A stretch of 40,051 bases of DNA from Minisyncoccota bacterium (lineage in GTDB: Bacteria > Patescibacteriota > Minisyncoccia > Phycocordibacterales > JAACPR01): positions 1 to 40,051 of the forward strand of contig JAYTLZ010000014.1 in assembly GCA_043728995.1 (NCBI GenBank), in the 5' to 3' direction. The translations under genes and the position numbers were made by a program. Below, one piece after another: positions 28,744 to 35,756 of this stretch (positions within the stretch are counted from its first letter, which is position 1; each line of letters begins with the position of its first letter). The notes below the pieces were generated by a model, which saw only the letters and a program-made list of their open reading frames with translations, searched no databases and was not told the DNA's origin.

Positions 28744-28780
28744 CAGCCCCGTCACGCAGCAGCCTGACGGGGCTGATTTA
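28744..28780 (+). terminator. intrinsic terminator
   Basis: CAGCCCCGTCA-(10 nt)-TGACGGGGCTG followed by ATTTATA. Confidence 0.6.
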
Positions 28781-28825
28781 TACCTAGAAATAGGCGCCAG
28801 TTTCTGATATAGTGTGCACACAAAA

Positions 28826-28897
28826 GGCGTGGTGGCGAAGTGGTAACGCTGGGGACTGCAAATCCTCCATGCGCGGGTTCGATTCCCGCCCACGCCT
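28826..28897 (+). tRNA. tRNA-Cys (GCA), CCA not encoded
   Basis: Acceptor GGCGTGG pairs with CCACGCC. The anticodon loop is CTGCAAA. The T arm is GCGGG-TTCGATT-CCCGC. Confidence 0.9.
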
Positions 28898-28935
28898 CAA
28901 TTGGCACGACATGTTGCCTTTGTTATACTGAAACT

Positions 28936-29115
28936 ATGAATATCAAGACATTACTCAATAAGATCTTTAAGTCCCGCGCAGAAAAGAGCGACGAGGCTTT
29001 TGACACAATCATCAAGGACGTCTACAAGAAGCACCACAAGGAGATAGAGTCGCTCCGCAAGCACGATCAAGGAGAAAAAATAATCAATGCACCCGATCTG
29101 CGACAAATTGGTTAG
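28936..29115 (+). CDS. small protein, candidate antitoxin partner of the Doc-like toxin
   Basis: 59-aa ORF (MNIKTLLNKIFKSRAEK...) immediately upstream of the Doc-like ORF and overlapping it. The antitoxin role is assigned by position only. Confidence 0.4.
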   Translation: MNIKTLLNKIFKSRAEKSDEAFDTIIKDVYKKHHKEIESLRKHDQGEKIINAPDLRQIG

Positions 29116-29479
29116 GGTTTTTGAGGAAGCGCTGTATCAAACAGGCGAAGTTGCTTTTCCATTACAAGAAATTCACAAGGAACGACTTAACACGATTGTA
29201 AAGACCGTATATGCAAACTATTATGAAGTGGACAGATTCCCCGGCCTCAAGGAAAAGGCGTCGGCTTTCTTTTATTTGATTATAAAAAACCACCCGCTTA
29301 CGGATGGCAACAAAAGACTCTCTGTTATGTGGCTCAGGGTGTTCTGTCGAGATAACGAACTCGAATTCGACATCGAAGACCACATTCCCCTCGACGAGCT
29401 TGCAATCTCAGTTGAGCGGACAACATTGGGGTTAGAAGATGCAATACCGTATATCCAAGGTGCCCTATGGAATCAGTAA
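29087..29479 (+). CDS. doc: Fic/Doc-family toxin (death-on-curing-like)
   Basis: The Fic/Doc motif HPLTDGNKR fits HxFx(D/E)GN(G/K)R with F replaced by L, in a ~130-aa protein. An alternative TTG start lies at 29108. Confidence 0.78.
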   Translation: MHPICDKLVRVFEEALYQTGEVAFPLQEIHKERLNTIVKTVYANYYEVDRFPGLKEKASAFFYLIIKNHPLTDGNKRLSVMWLRVFCRDNELEFDIEDHIPLDELAISVERTTLGLEDAIPYIQGALWNQ

Positions 29480-29480
29480 T

Positions 29481-29507
29481 TTGACAAATTATATACTATT
29501 ATATAAT
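29481..29507 (+). promoter_or_regulatory. sigma70-like promoter
   Basis: TTGACA at 29481-29486, a 15-nt spacer, then TATAAT at 29502-29507. Confidence 0.45.
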
Positions 29508-29579
29508 CATACAAGAGATCGCCTTGTGGCTCAGAGTGCTTTATCACTAGAGCTTTTTGAGCCATAAGGCAATCAAACC

Positions 29580-29960
29580 ATGAGAAAACAATTGTTCATC
29601 GCAGCCACACTCGCCATCGCATACGGCATCCTTTATTTCACATCGCTCCAGTCTGTCCTCAAACGGGATCACCTCAACCGATATCAAAGACTTACGAGTC
29701 AAGACAAGGAGCTGGTAGATCGTTACGAGGCTTCAGTACGGAAGATCCAGCCCGGAGATCTGGTAACGGACGACACCGGTACGACTTACATCGTGGAAAA
29801 CTACCAAAGTACAGGTCGTTGGCGAATGAAGGCCAAGGACGGTACCATAAAGTACCTGAGCGAGGCTTTCGAATCAGCCCACAAAAACCGCACGTGCAGT
29901 TTCACTCATCGCAGTGATCCGCACTATGTGCAGGCCGTTCACACGTTCAAGCTGGAGTAA
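29580..29960 (+). CDS. membrane-anchored hypothetical protein
   Basis: 126 aa with an N-terminal TM segment (LFIAATLAIAYGILYF). A structured leader lies upstream and a terminator downstream. Confidence 0.6.
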   Translation: MRKQLFIAATLAIAYGILYFTSLQSVLKRDHLNRYQRLTSQDKELVDRYEASVRKIQPGDLVTDDTGTTYIVENYQSTGRWRMKAKDGTIKYLSEAFESAHKNRTCSFTHRSDPHYVQAVHTFKLE

Positions 29961-29996
29961 CGCCCCAGCTCACACGATCGCTGACAGTGGTCAGCA

Positions 29997-30027
29997 GCGC
30001 CCCGTATCCACGGGGCGCTTTCTTTTT
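29997..30027 (+). terminator. intrinsic terminator
   Basis: GCGCCCCG-tatcca-CGGGGCGC followed by TTTCTTTTT. Confidence 0.85.
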
Positions 30028-30073
30028 ACGCCCTGGTCAAATAGCCTTTGTTCTGCTACTATATTCCCTACAT

Positions 30074-30155
30074 GCCGGGGTGGCGAAATTGGTATACGCA
30101 CCTGCCTTAGGAGCAGACGGGGCAACCCATGGAGGTTCGAGTCCTCTCCCCGGCA
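30074..30155 (+). tRNA. tRNA-Leu (TAG), CCA not encoded
   Basis: Acceptor GCCGGGG pairs with CCCCGGC. The anticodon loop is CTTAGGA. It has a long variable arm, and the T arm is GGAGG-TTCGAGT-CCTCT. Confidence 0.88.
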
Positions 30156-30210
30156 CAGCGCGTTTGTTTTTGAAATAGGTATAGTAATCTGTTAGGATTA
30201 ACTGTACCTT

Positions 30211-30295
30211 GCTCGGGTGGCGGAACTGGTATACGCGCACGACTTAAAATCGTGTTCCGAATGGAATATGGGTTCGACCCCCATCCCGAGCACCA
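30211..30295 (+). tRNA. tRNA-Leu (TAA), CCA encoded
   Basis: Acceptor GCTCGGG pairs with CCCGAGC. The anticodon arm is CACGA-CTTAAAA-TCGTG. It has a long variable arm, and the T arm is ATGGG-TTCGACC-CCCAT. Confidence 0.9.
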
Positions 30296-30333
30296 TTGGT
30301 AAGTCCACTTAGCAATGTTAAGATACACCACAT

Positions 30334-30406
30334 GCGCCTATAGCTCAGTCGGTAGAGCAGTCGCCTCTTAAGCGAACGGTCGTAGGTTCGAATCCTACTA
30401 GGCGCA
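30334..30406 (+). tRNA. tRNA-Lys (CTT), CCA not encoded
   Basis: Acceptor GCGCCTA pairs with TAGGCGC. The anticodon loop is CTCTTAA. The T arm is GTAGG-TTCGAAT-CCTAC. Confidence 0.9.
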
Positions 30407-30511
30407 CCTTGTCGGACAGCAAGTTCGAAATCAATTTTAACCTTATTTAGAGCCGTATAATCGGTTTATTTTGCATGTCTTCTGTAGGGCTAGTCGGACG
30501 GAGTTCGCACC
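30400..30511 (+). repeat. island junction copy 0 (tRNA 3' end + left-arm block)
   Basis: AGGCGCACC, then GTCGGACAGCAAGTTCGAAA, then CCTTATTTAGAGCC (30441-30454), then GTAGGGCTAGTCGGACGGAGTTCGCACC (30484-30511). Confidence 0.8.
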
Positions 30512-30638
30512 TTTGACAGACCTCGGTATTCGTACTCGAATTTACATATTGCCAAGGAAGTGTTAGTTTGGTTCTGAAACAGTCAGAGAAGGCACAGTTG
30601 CCTCCTCCCTCTCAAAAAACAGAAAACAAACAGAAGAC

Positions 30639-31550
30639 ATGACAGCGACTTTTCGACTTAACCCCACGGGTTTCCGAGTTCCCGCCCTTGAGGAAATCAG
30701 TGACGACTTCAAGTCAATGTTCAAGAAACATTACCACTGCATCCCGGAGATGGAGGATACCGACAAGGTGGCATCCCTCCTTCTCTCATCTTCCTGTCTC
30801 GAAGAGACAGGCGGAGGAGGAGAGATTCTGCAACGACTCATCTTCAAGATGCAGGACGAAGAAAAGGATATGTACAGCCAACGGCTTCCTGGTGCTGCCA
30901 GTTGGTGGGCACAGCTCCTTCTCAGACTCGGAACAGAACCCTACGACCTTGGCATCTTCAGCCTCGAGGATCTTGGATTCACGGATCCGAAAATATTCGA
31001 ACGAGCAACCGTCGCAGACCTGGTGGAACGCGGCAGGCAGCTCGGACTGCGGCATGTTCCCTATCCCTCTGTAGCGGCACTCGTACTCGCGAAGCCGAAA
31101 GTTTCCTGGGGATCAGGAGTGGTGATCATGACCGAGCCCGTAAACGTCATCTGTGGCGATCTAGGGTGGCGGAACAGACCTCCGTACCTTAAGTACTGGT
31201 TGATCGAGGGAAGAAGCACCGAGAGCGTGCTTCATTACGCGTATGGAAACCCGACGCGCAAGATAACGGAAATGGAAGACGAAAAAATGGTTTTCGGTTC
31301 CTGTGCCACGGGAGAAATCGACATTCCCTCTCCGGCAAAACTCGGCTTCATGTTCGTCGTCCCACCGGGATTCAGACTGCCGCAGCCGAGGCCTCAGCAG
31401 GTAATCGAGGTGATCGAGTCTCCATCCATCACGCTTCTTGCGGACACGCAGATGACTGAAGAGGTTCAGATATTCGCCCTTCCGTCCTGCAATGATGACA
31501 GCGAGCTGATCAGTACGGCCTCCACAATGCAGGAAGCCGTGCTCGTCTGA
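30639..31550 (+). CDS. hypothetical protein (island module 1)
   Basis: 303-aa ORF starting at an ATG, with its own terminator at 31568-31602. No family recognised. Confidence 0.6.
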   Translation: MTATFRLNPTGFRVPALEEISDDFKSMFKKHYHCIPEMEDTDKVASLLLSSSCLEETGGGGEILQRLIFKMQDEEKDMYSQRLPGAASWWAQLLLRLGTEPYDLGIFSLEDLGFTDPKIFERATVADLVERGRQLGLRHVPYPSVAALVLAKPKVSWGSGVVIMTEPVNVICGDLGWRNRPPYLKYWLIEGRSTESVLHYAYGNPTRKITEMEDEKMVFGSCATGEIDIPSPAKLGFMFVVPPGFRLPQPRPQQVIEVIESPSITLLADTQMTEEVQIFALPSCNDDSELISTASTMQEAVLV

Positions 31551-31567
31551 ATGTTCGGTTTACCAAC

Positions 31568-31602
31568 AAGGCGCAGCGGTACCCCGCTGCGCCTTTTCTT
31601 AT
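31568..31602 (+). terminator. intrinsic terminator
   Basis: AAGGCGCAGCGG-tacc-CCGCTGCGCCTT followed by TTCTTATG. Confidence 0.8.
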
Positions 31603-31712
31603 GCGGCCGTCGACGCGCACATTGGACAGGTCCCGACTAATGTTTTAATATCACGGAAACTGATTCAATCAGACCAGAACACCAAAATACAAACAAGAAA
31701 GGAATCCCGACC

Positions 31713-32309
31713 ATGACCTCAACAAGCTCGAAACTCACGCTTGCAGACTTTGACAGCTCATCAACCATCACGCACCACCTCCTGCCCGACGAACGCCTCT
31801 TCCTGGTAACGCATAGCGAAAACGGAAAAGGGGTATTCTCGGCAGCGACGGAGTCATTGATAGTCCCCTGCGGCACGGAGACGGTCAACATCTCGCCAAT
31901 CGAAACGCTTGTCACCGGATCAAAAGTCCTGTGGCTCGTCACGCAGAAGGACGAGACCGAACGCGTCTACGCATCCGCAGGAAAAAGGTGTGGGAGGATC
32001 GGTCCGCTTATCGAGCTTAAAAAAGGATGGAAATTGGACCGCGCACTTTCCGACGACATCCTTCTTCTCTGGGTAGAGAGTAGCCGTCCGAACCGTCGCT
32101 ATCGGTTAGCCTTTCTGAAATCCGGCTCAAATGTGCTGGATTTCCAGACTAACTGGACGCAAATACATATCGGAAAGATCATCGTACGCCCAAACAGAGA
32201 TTTTATCATTCCGTTTCAGCGAAAGGACGGCGTCTACCCCCGTGGGCACATCATCTTTCTTATCAACAGTGAGTCCGAGACCATTGAAAATTACACCTTT
32301 GGTCAGTGA
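31713..32309 (+). CDS. hypothetical protein (island module 1)
   Basis: 198-aa ORF starting at an ATG, with a terminator at 32331-32367. No family recognised. Confidence 0.6.
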   Translation: MTSTSSKLTLADFDSSSTITHHLLPDERLFLVTHSENGKGVFSAATESLIVPCGTETVNISPIETLVTGSKVLWLVTQKDETERVYASAGKRCGRIGPLIELKKGWKLDRALSDDILLLWVESSRPNRRYRLAFLKSGSNVLDFQTNWTQIHIGKIIVRPNRDFIIPFQRKDGVYPRGHIIFLINSESETIENYTFGQ

Positions 32310-32330
32310 GCACGGACTCGCTAGATACAT

Positions 32331-32367
32331 GGACGCAACGAAAGCAATCGTTGCGTCCTTTTTTCTT
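32331..32367 (+). terminator. intrinsic terminator
   Basis: GGACGCAACGA-aagcaa-TCGTTGCGTCC followed by TTTTTTCTT. Confidence 0.85.
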
Positions 32368-32542
32368 ATGCAGCCTTTCTCCTTTCACCTGTGGATAAGC
32401 CTTTGCCAGCTGTGCGAACTTTGTCCAACAAGGCGCACCTAATATTCGATACGTCGAAATTCCTATTATAGCCTTATTTAGAGCCATGAAATCATGGTAA
32501 GTTTTTGATTTTCCGTAGGGCTAGTCGGACAAAGTTCGAACC
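32366..32542 (+). repeat. island junction copy 1 (complete)
   Basis: In order: CTTATGCAGCCTTTCTCC, TGTGGATAA (32390-32398), GTGCGAACTTTGTCCAACAAGGCGCACC (32412-32439), CCTTATTTAGAGCC (32472-32485), and GTAGGGCTAGTCGGACAAAGTTCGAACC (32515-32542). It contains a perfect 12-bp inverted repeat: CGAACTTTGTCC (32415-32426) and GGACAAAGTTCG (32527-32538). Confidence 0.85.
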
Positions 32543-32586
32543 TAACCGAAATACGCATCGATTCTATAAAATGATATGATGACCGC

Positions 32587-33372
32587 ATGGAGAACCTATG
32601 GGAGAAAGTAGTCCGGCTTCTGGACGAGCTGGAGGCTGACGGAGACCTGGAGAAGGCGAAGGCGTTCTACGAGAGGCACATCAGGGCGCGGGAACACTCC
32701 GAGAAGGACCTCGACATCGCCCTCTTCGAGCTGCGCGAGGCGCTCTTCGTGCATCCCAACTTCTCACCGAGCAGCAGGCATCGAGATCTCAAGACCTCGA
32801 TCGCGATAGTCAGGGACGAGATCGGCCCGACTGTGAGGATCGAGGACTACTTCGAGAGGTTCGACTTCGAGGCGTGCAGGCTCGAGATACTCCCATCCTA
32901 CGACTCGTGGGAAAACAGCCCCGGGCTCGCCGACTACCTCGCGGGAAACACACCCAAGGAACCAGCGTTCGATGAGTGGTGCTCCAGGATGGCGGCCGCG
33001 AAGGCGGAGGGCAGGAAGTACAAGAGGCTCCGGTTCGTGACCTTCCCGCTCATCGACTCCGTTAGGTACGAGATAGACGCGTGCTTCCGCAGATCCGCTA
33101 TGGCCGGCGAGGAGATCAAGTACTTCGCCCATGCGCCCGTCCTGAAGGGCGCGCTCGGCACAAAGGACTTCTGGCTGTTCGACGGCAAGGAGCTGGTCAT
33201 CCTGGATTACAGGCTCAACGGCACCTTCTGCGGAGCGAGGCTCGCCTCCCCCGAGCTTGCCAAGGATATAGCAGCCTGGTGGGAAGGAGTCTTCGAGATC
33301 GCGGGACCGATCCGTGACCTTCCCTTCTGGGGCGACCGGGGCAACCGTACTGCCGAGAAGAGGCGGCGATAA
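32587..33372 (+). CDS. DUF6879-like protein with helical N-terminal extension (GC-rich)
   Basis: The C-terminal half (YKRLRFVTFPLIDSVRYEIDACFRRSAMAGEEIKYF...KDFWLFDGKELVILDY..NGTF) resembles the DUF6879 consensus as I remember it. The extended -10 TGaTATGAT ends 6 nt before the ATG. Confidence 0.55.
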   Translation: MENLWEKVVRLLDELEADGDLEKAKAFYERHIRAREHSEKDLDIALFELREALFVHPNFSPSSRHRDLKTSIAIVRDEIGPTVRIEDYFERFDFEACRLEILPSYDSWENSPGLADYLAGNTPKEPAFDEWCSRMAAAKAEGRKYKRLRFVTFPLIDSVRYEIDACFRRSAMAGEEIKYFAHAPVLKGALGTKDFWLFDGKELVILDYRLNGTFCGARLASPELAKDIAAWWEGVFEIAGPIRDLPFWGDRGNRTAEKRRR

Positions 33373-33438
33373 ATTTAATTACTCCATAAACAACATGACA
33401 GGAATAGCTATCCCATACCAATATGCTAGTATCAGCTT

Positions 33439-34494
33439 ATGAAGTTATACATCGACACGAATATCTACTTATCTTTCATTAGCCCAACAAGCGACATTAA
33501 ATCTCTCATAAGATTAAAAAAATTAATAAACGAGCAAAAGGTTGAGCTCATTCTACCCTCTCAAACGAAACAGGAATTCATCAAAAACTTCAAAAGCAGA
33601 GTTGCTCAAGAAAAAAGCAAGATAGAGAACGCAAAATCATCCATCGAAATCCCAAACCTGCTTAAAGGAGTGAAAAGACCTTCAAAAGAAGAGAAATCAA
33701 TAATTAAGCAGATTGACGATTTAAATAGTGATCTGAAGATTTATCACAAAACAAAATTAAAGGATTTCAAAAATCACATAGACAGCACTGAAAAATTGTT
33801 AGATGAAATATTCACAGCATCCACGTTCTTTGAATATACAGACGACATCGTTCAAAAAGCCTTAATTAGGTATGCAAAAGGACTCCCGCCAAAGAAAAAT
33901 GATTTTAAATTTGGAGACTCTATCATCTGGGAAACCTTAAAGGACAATATTCGAAATGAAGATCTGGTCATTGTAAGCCATGATGGAGACTTTGCAGAGA
34001 ATTCAAATAAACCCCTTAGGATTAACAAGACTCTCGCTGCAGAATGGAAAAAAGAAAGAAAGAGAAAGATAAGCTTACATAAAGTGCTTGGCGAATTCAT
34101 CAATACGCTTGATAAGCAGGATGTTGTTGATTCTGATACCATTGACCGTGAAATCAAACAGGCTAACGCCCTACACAATCAGTATGTTATTGCTGCTAAC
34201 GATCAGCCTGCTTATATCTTAAATAACGGTAGTCTTTCCGTGCCCAACATTGGTGCGGCGACATACAAAATACCAAATGCAAGCAATTTGGTCATAAATC
34301 CAAATTCAAATCTTGCCAATCTTTCCTCTTACAGAATTAACTATCAAGAAAATGATTACAGCGCTTACATCTTAGGCAACAATAAAAAATGCTCTAAATG
34401 TGGCAAAGACTTTTTCCCGGGACTGTTAAGTGTTAGTGACAATCTTTGTGCGGAATGTACGCTTAACAAATATCAACACTGGGATTTTAATTAG
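33439..34494 (+). CDS. PIN-like (DUF4935-like) nuclease-fold protein with C-terminal CxxC..CxxC zinc ribbon (AT-rich)
   Basis: MKLYIDTNIYLSF (first acidic site), GDSIIWETL, VSHDGDF, and C-terminal CSKCGKDF...LCAEC. The extended -10 TGcTAGTAT ends 6 nt before the ATG. Confidence 0.65.
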   Translation: MKLYIDTNIYLSFISPTSDIKSLIRLKKLINEQKVELILPSQTKQEFIKNFKSRVAQEKSKIENAKSSIEIPNLLKGVKRPSKEEKSIIKQIDDLNSDLKIYHKTKLKDFKNHIDSTEKLLDEIFTASTFFEYTDDIVQKALIRYAKGLPPKKNDFKFGDSIIWETLKDNIRNEDLVIVSHDGDFAENSNKPLRINKTLAAEWKKERKRKISLHKVLGEFINTLDKQDVVDSDTIDREIKQANALHNQYVIAANDQPAYILNNGSLSVPNIGAATYKIPNASNLVINPNSNLANLSSYRINYQENDYSAYILGNNKKCSKCGKDFFPGLLSVSDNLCAECTLNKYQHWDFN

Positions 34495-34510
34495 ACCCAC
34501 TGATCCAATC

Positions 34511-34700
34511 TTGCTGTGGACAACTTTCAAAACAGGTTCGAACTTCGTCCAACAAGCTGCACCCAGTAGAACGGCCCTCTGAGGCCCAAAATACCCTTTA
34601 TTTTCAACGTAAATTCATCACGCGAGCCCGACCTCGGACTCTTTTATCGTAAATGGGCCTTTGTTAGAGCGGTGCTAGGTCTAGCAACGAAAATGGGTTT
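34511..34700 (+). repeat. island junction copy 2 (degenerate)
   Basis: TGTGGACAA (34515-34523), then GGTTCGAACTTCGTCCAACAAGCTGCACC (34535-34563), then CCTTTGTTAGAGCG (34658-34671), then GCTAGGTCTAGCAACGAAAA. Confidence 0.6.
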
Positions 34701-34790
34701 TAGTCAAAAAGCGTTACGGCGTATGGAGCACGAAAAATGAAAATGCCCACGGCGCACATGGCGTCGCGGGCACTTGGATGTAGGAACGGC

Positions 34791-35093
34791 TCAGTCCTTC
34801 GGAAAGCGGTCGTCCCGCTCGTAGGTATCGGTCCCGGGAGGGACGAGCTTCCATTTTCCTTTCCGCAGGACGAGCACCCCGTCGAGCTGGAGCAGCTCGA
34901 TGAAGTCCGAGCCGGTGAAGCCCGGGAACATCTGCCTCTCCCCGAAGAGCTTGGCGAACTCCTGCTTCGAAATCCCGTCGCGCAGGCGCGGGAGCATGTC
35001 CCTCATCAGTTCCCCGACTTGGTCCGAAATCCCGGCACAGTAATGGTCGACGAAAGTCGTCTCTTCTCCGTCCTTCTTCTCCGTGGTTGGCAT
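34791..35093 (-). CDS. small hypothetical protein, divergent from the TIR operon (possible wHTH regulator)
   Basis: ORF 34791..35132. The internal ATG at 35093 is preceded by GAAAGGA 8 nt upstream. The C-terminus reads FIELLQLDGVLVLRKGKWKL. Calling this a wHTH is a guess. Confidence 0.45.
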   Translation of the reverse strand: MPTTEKKDGEETTFVDHYCAGISDQVGELMRDMLPRLRDGISKQEFAKLFGERQMFPGFTGSDFIELLQLDGVLVLRKGKWKLVPPGTDTYERDDRFPKD

Positions 35094-35204
35094 GGTCGTA
35101 TTCCTTTCTTGGTTGGATGATTCTGTTCCCATTTAACCACGAAGGGACTCCGATGGGAAATGGCCCCCTTGTACTTCCCCGCCCGCCGCGGTAGTGTCAG
35201 GCGC

Positions 35205-35756
35205 ATGAGTGAAAGAAGAAAGTGGGAGATATCGGACAAGGCGCTGGCGGAATTCCACAGGATCGCTGTGGCCGAGACCGGCGTCGACGCCACCATGGAC
35301 CAGGCGCGCGAAGTCGCGGAGTGGATGCTCTCGCTCGCCGACAACGTCGCGGGGCACAGGCGGTCGGTCCGAGCGATGGAGGAAGGGCTTGCCGGCTTTC
35401 CCGACGGGTACGAGCTGCCGCCGGACTCAGGGTACGACTGCTGGATCTGCGGCGGCGGGCGGCGGGAGTTCCGCGAGGTCTGGTTCGATAGGACAGGCGT
35501 GAAGTGCGGGCCCTGCTACATGACGTTCCGCAAGCGCGCGCTTCCCCTCTCCGTCGCGACCGACCGCGAGTCGTGGTATGACGACTGGGACCTGAAGCGC
35601 AGGCTGGGCATGACCTCGCGCATGATCGCGGTAAAAATCGGGAGCGGCGAGCTGATCGCGCGCACCGTGAAGGGAACAGGGTTCCGTATTTTCATGATCA
35701 AGGAGAACCCGTCGCTTCCCTATCCGAGGCCAGACGTGGTACGATTGCGTCAATGA
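35205..35756 (+). CDS. zinc-ribbon (CxxC..CxxC) plus C-terminal HTH-like protein
   Basis: The protein reads MSERRKWEISDK...CWICGGG...CGPC...WDLKRRLGMTSRMIAVKIGSGELIARTV, which is excisionase/MerR-like by eye. Its stop overlaps the next start (ATGA at 35753-35756). Confidence 0.6.
   Translation: MSERRKWEISDKALAEFHRIAVAETGVDATMDQAREVAEWMLSLADNVAGHRRSVRAMEEGLAGFPDGYELPPDSGYDCWICGGGRREFREVWFDRTGVKCGPCYMTFRKRALPLSVATDRESWYDDWDLKRRLGMTSRMIAVKIGSGELIARTVKGTGFRIFMIKENPSLPYPRPDVVRLRQ

Noticed and set aside
32390-32398. DnaA boxes as evidence for a chromosomal oriC
   Set aside because: The boxes are single and isolated inside repeated junctions. The window contains no box cluster, no AT-rich unwinding element and no dnaA or dnaN. 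They are more likely part of a mobile-element or recombination site.
34737-35120. 127-aa plus-strand ORF. Also the alternative-frame ORFs at 35006..35344, 35209..35502, 35222..35491 and 35427..35753
   Set aside because: High G+C produces long open frames in all phases. These overlap better-supported ORFs that have an RBS or translational coupling, and their products are Arg/Pro/Gly-rich.
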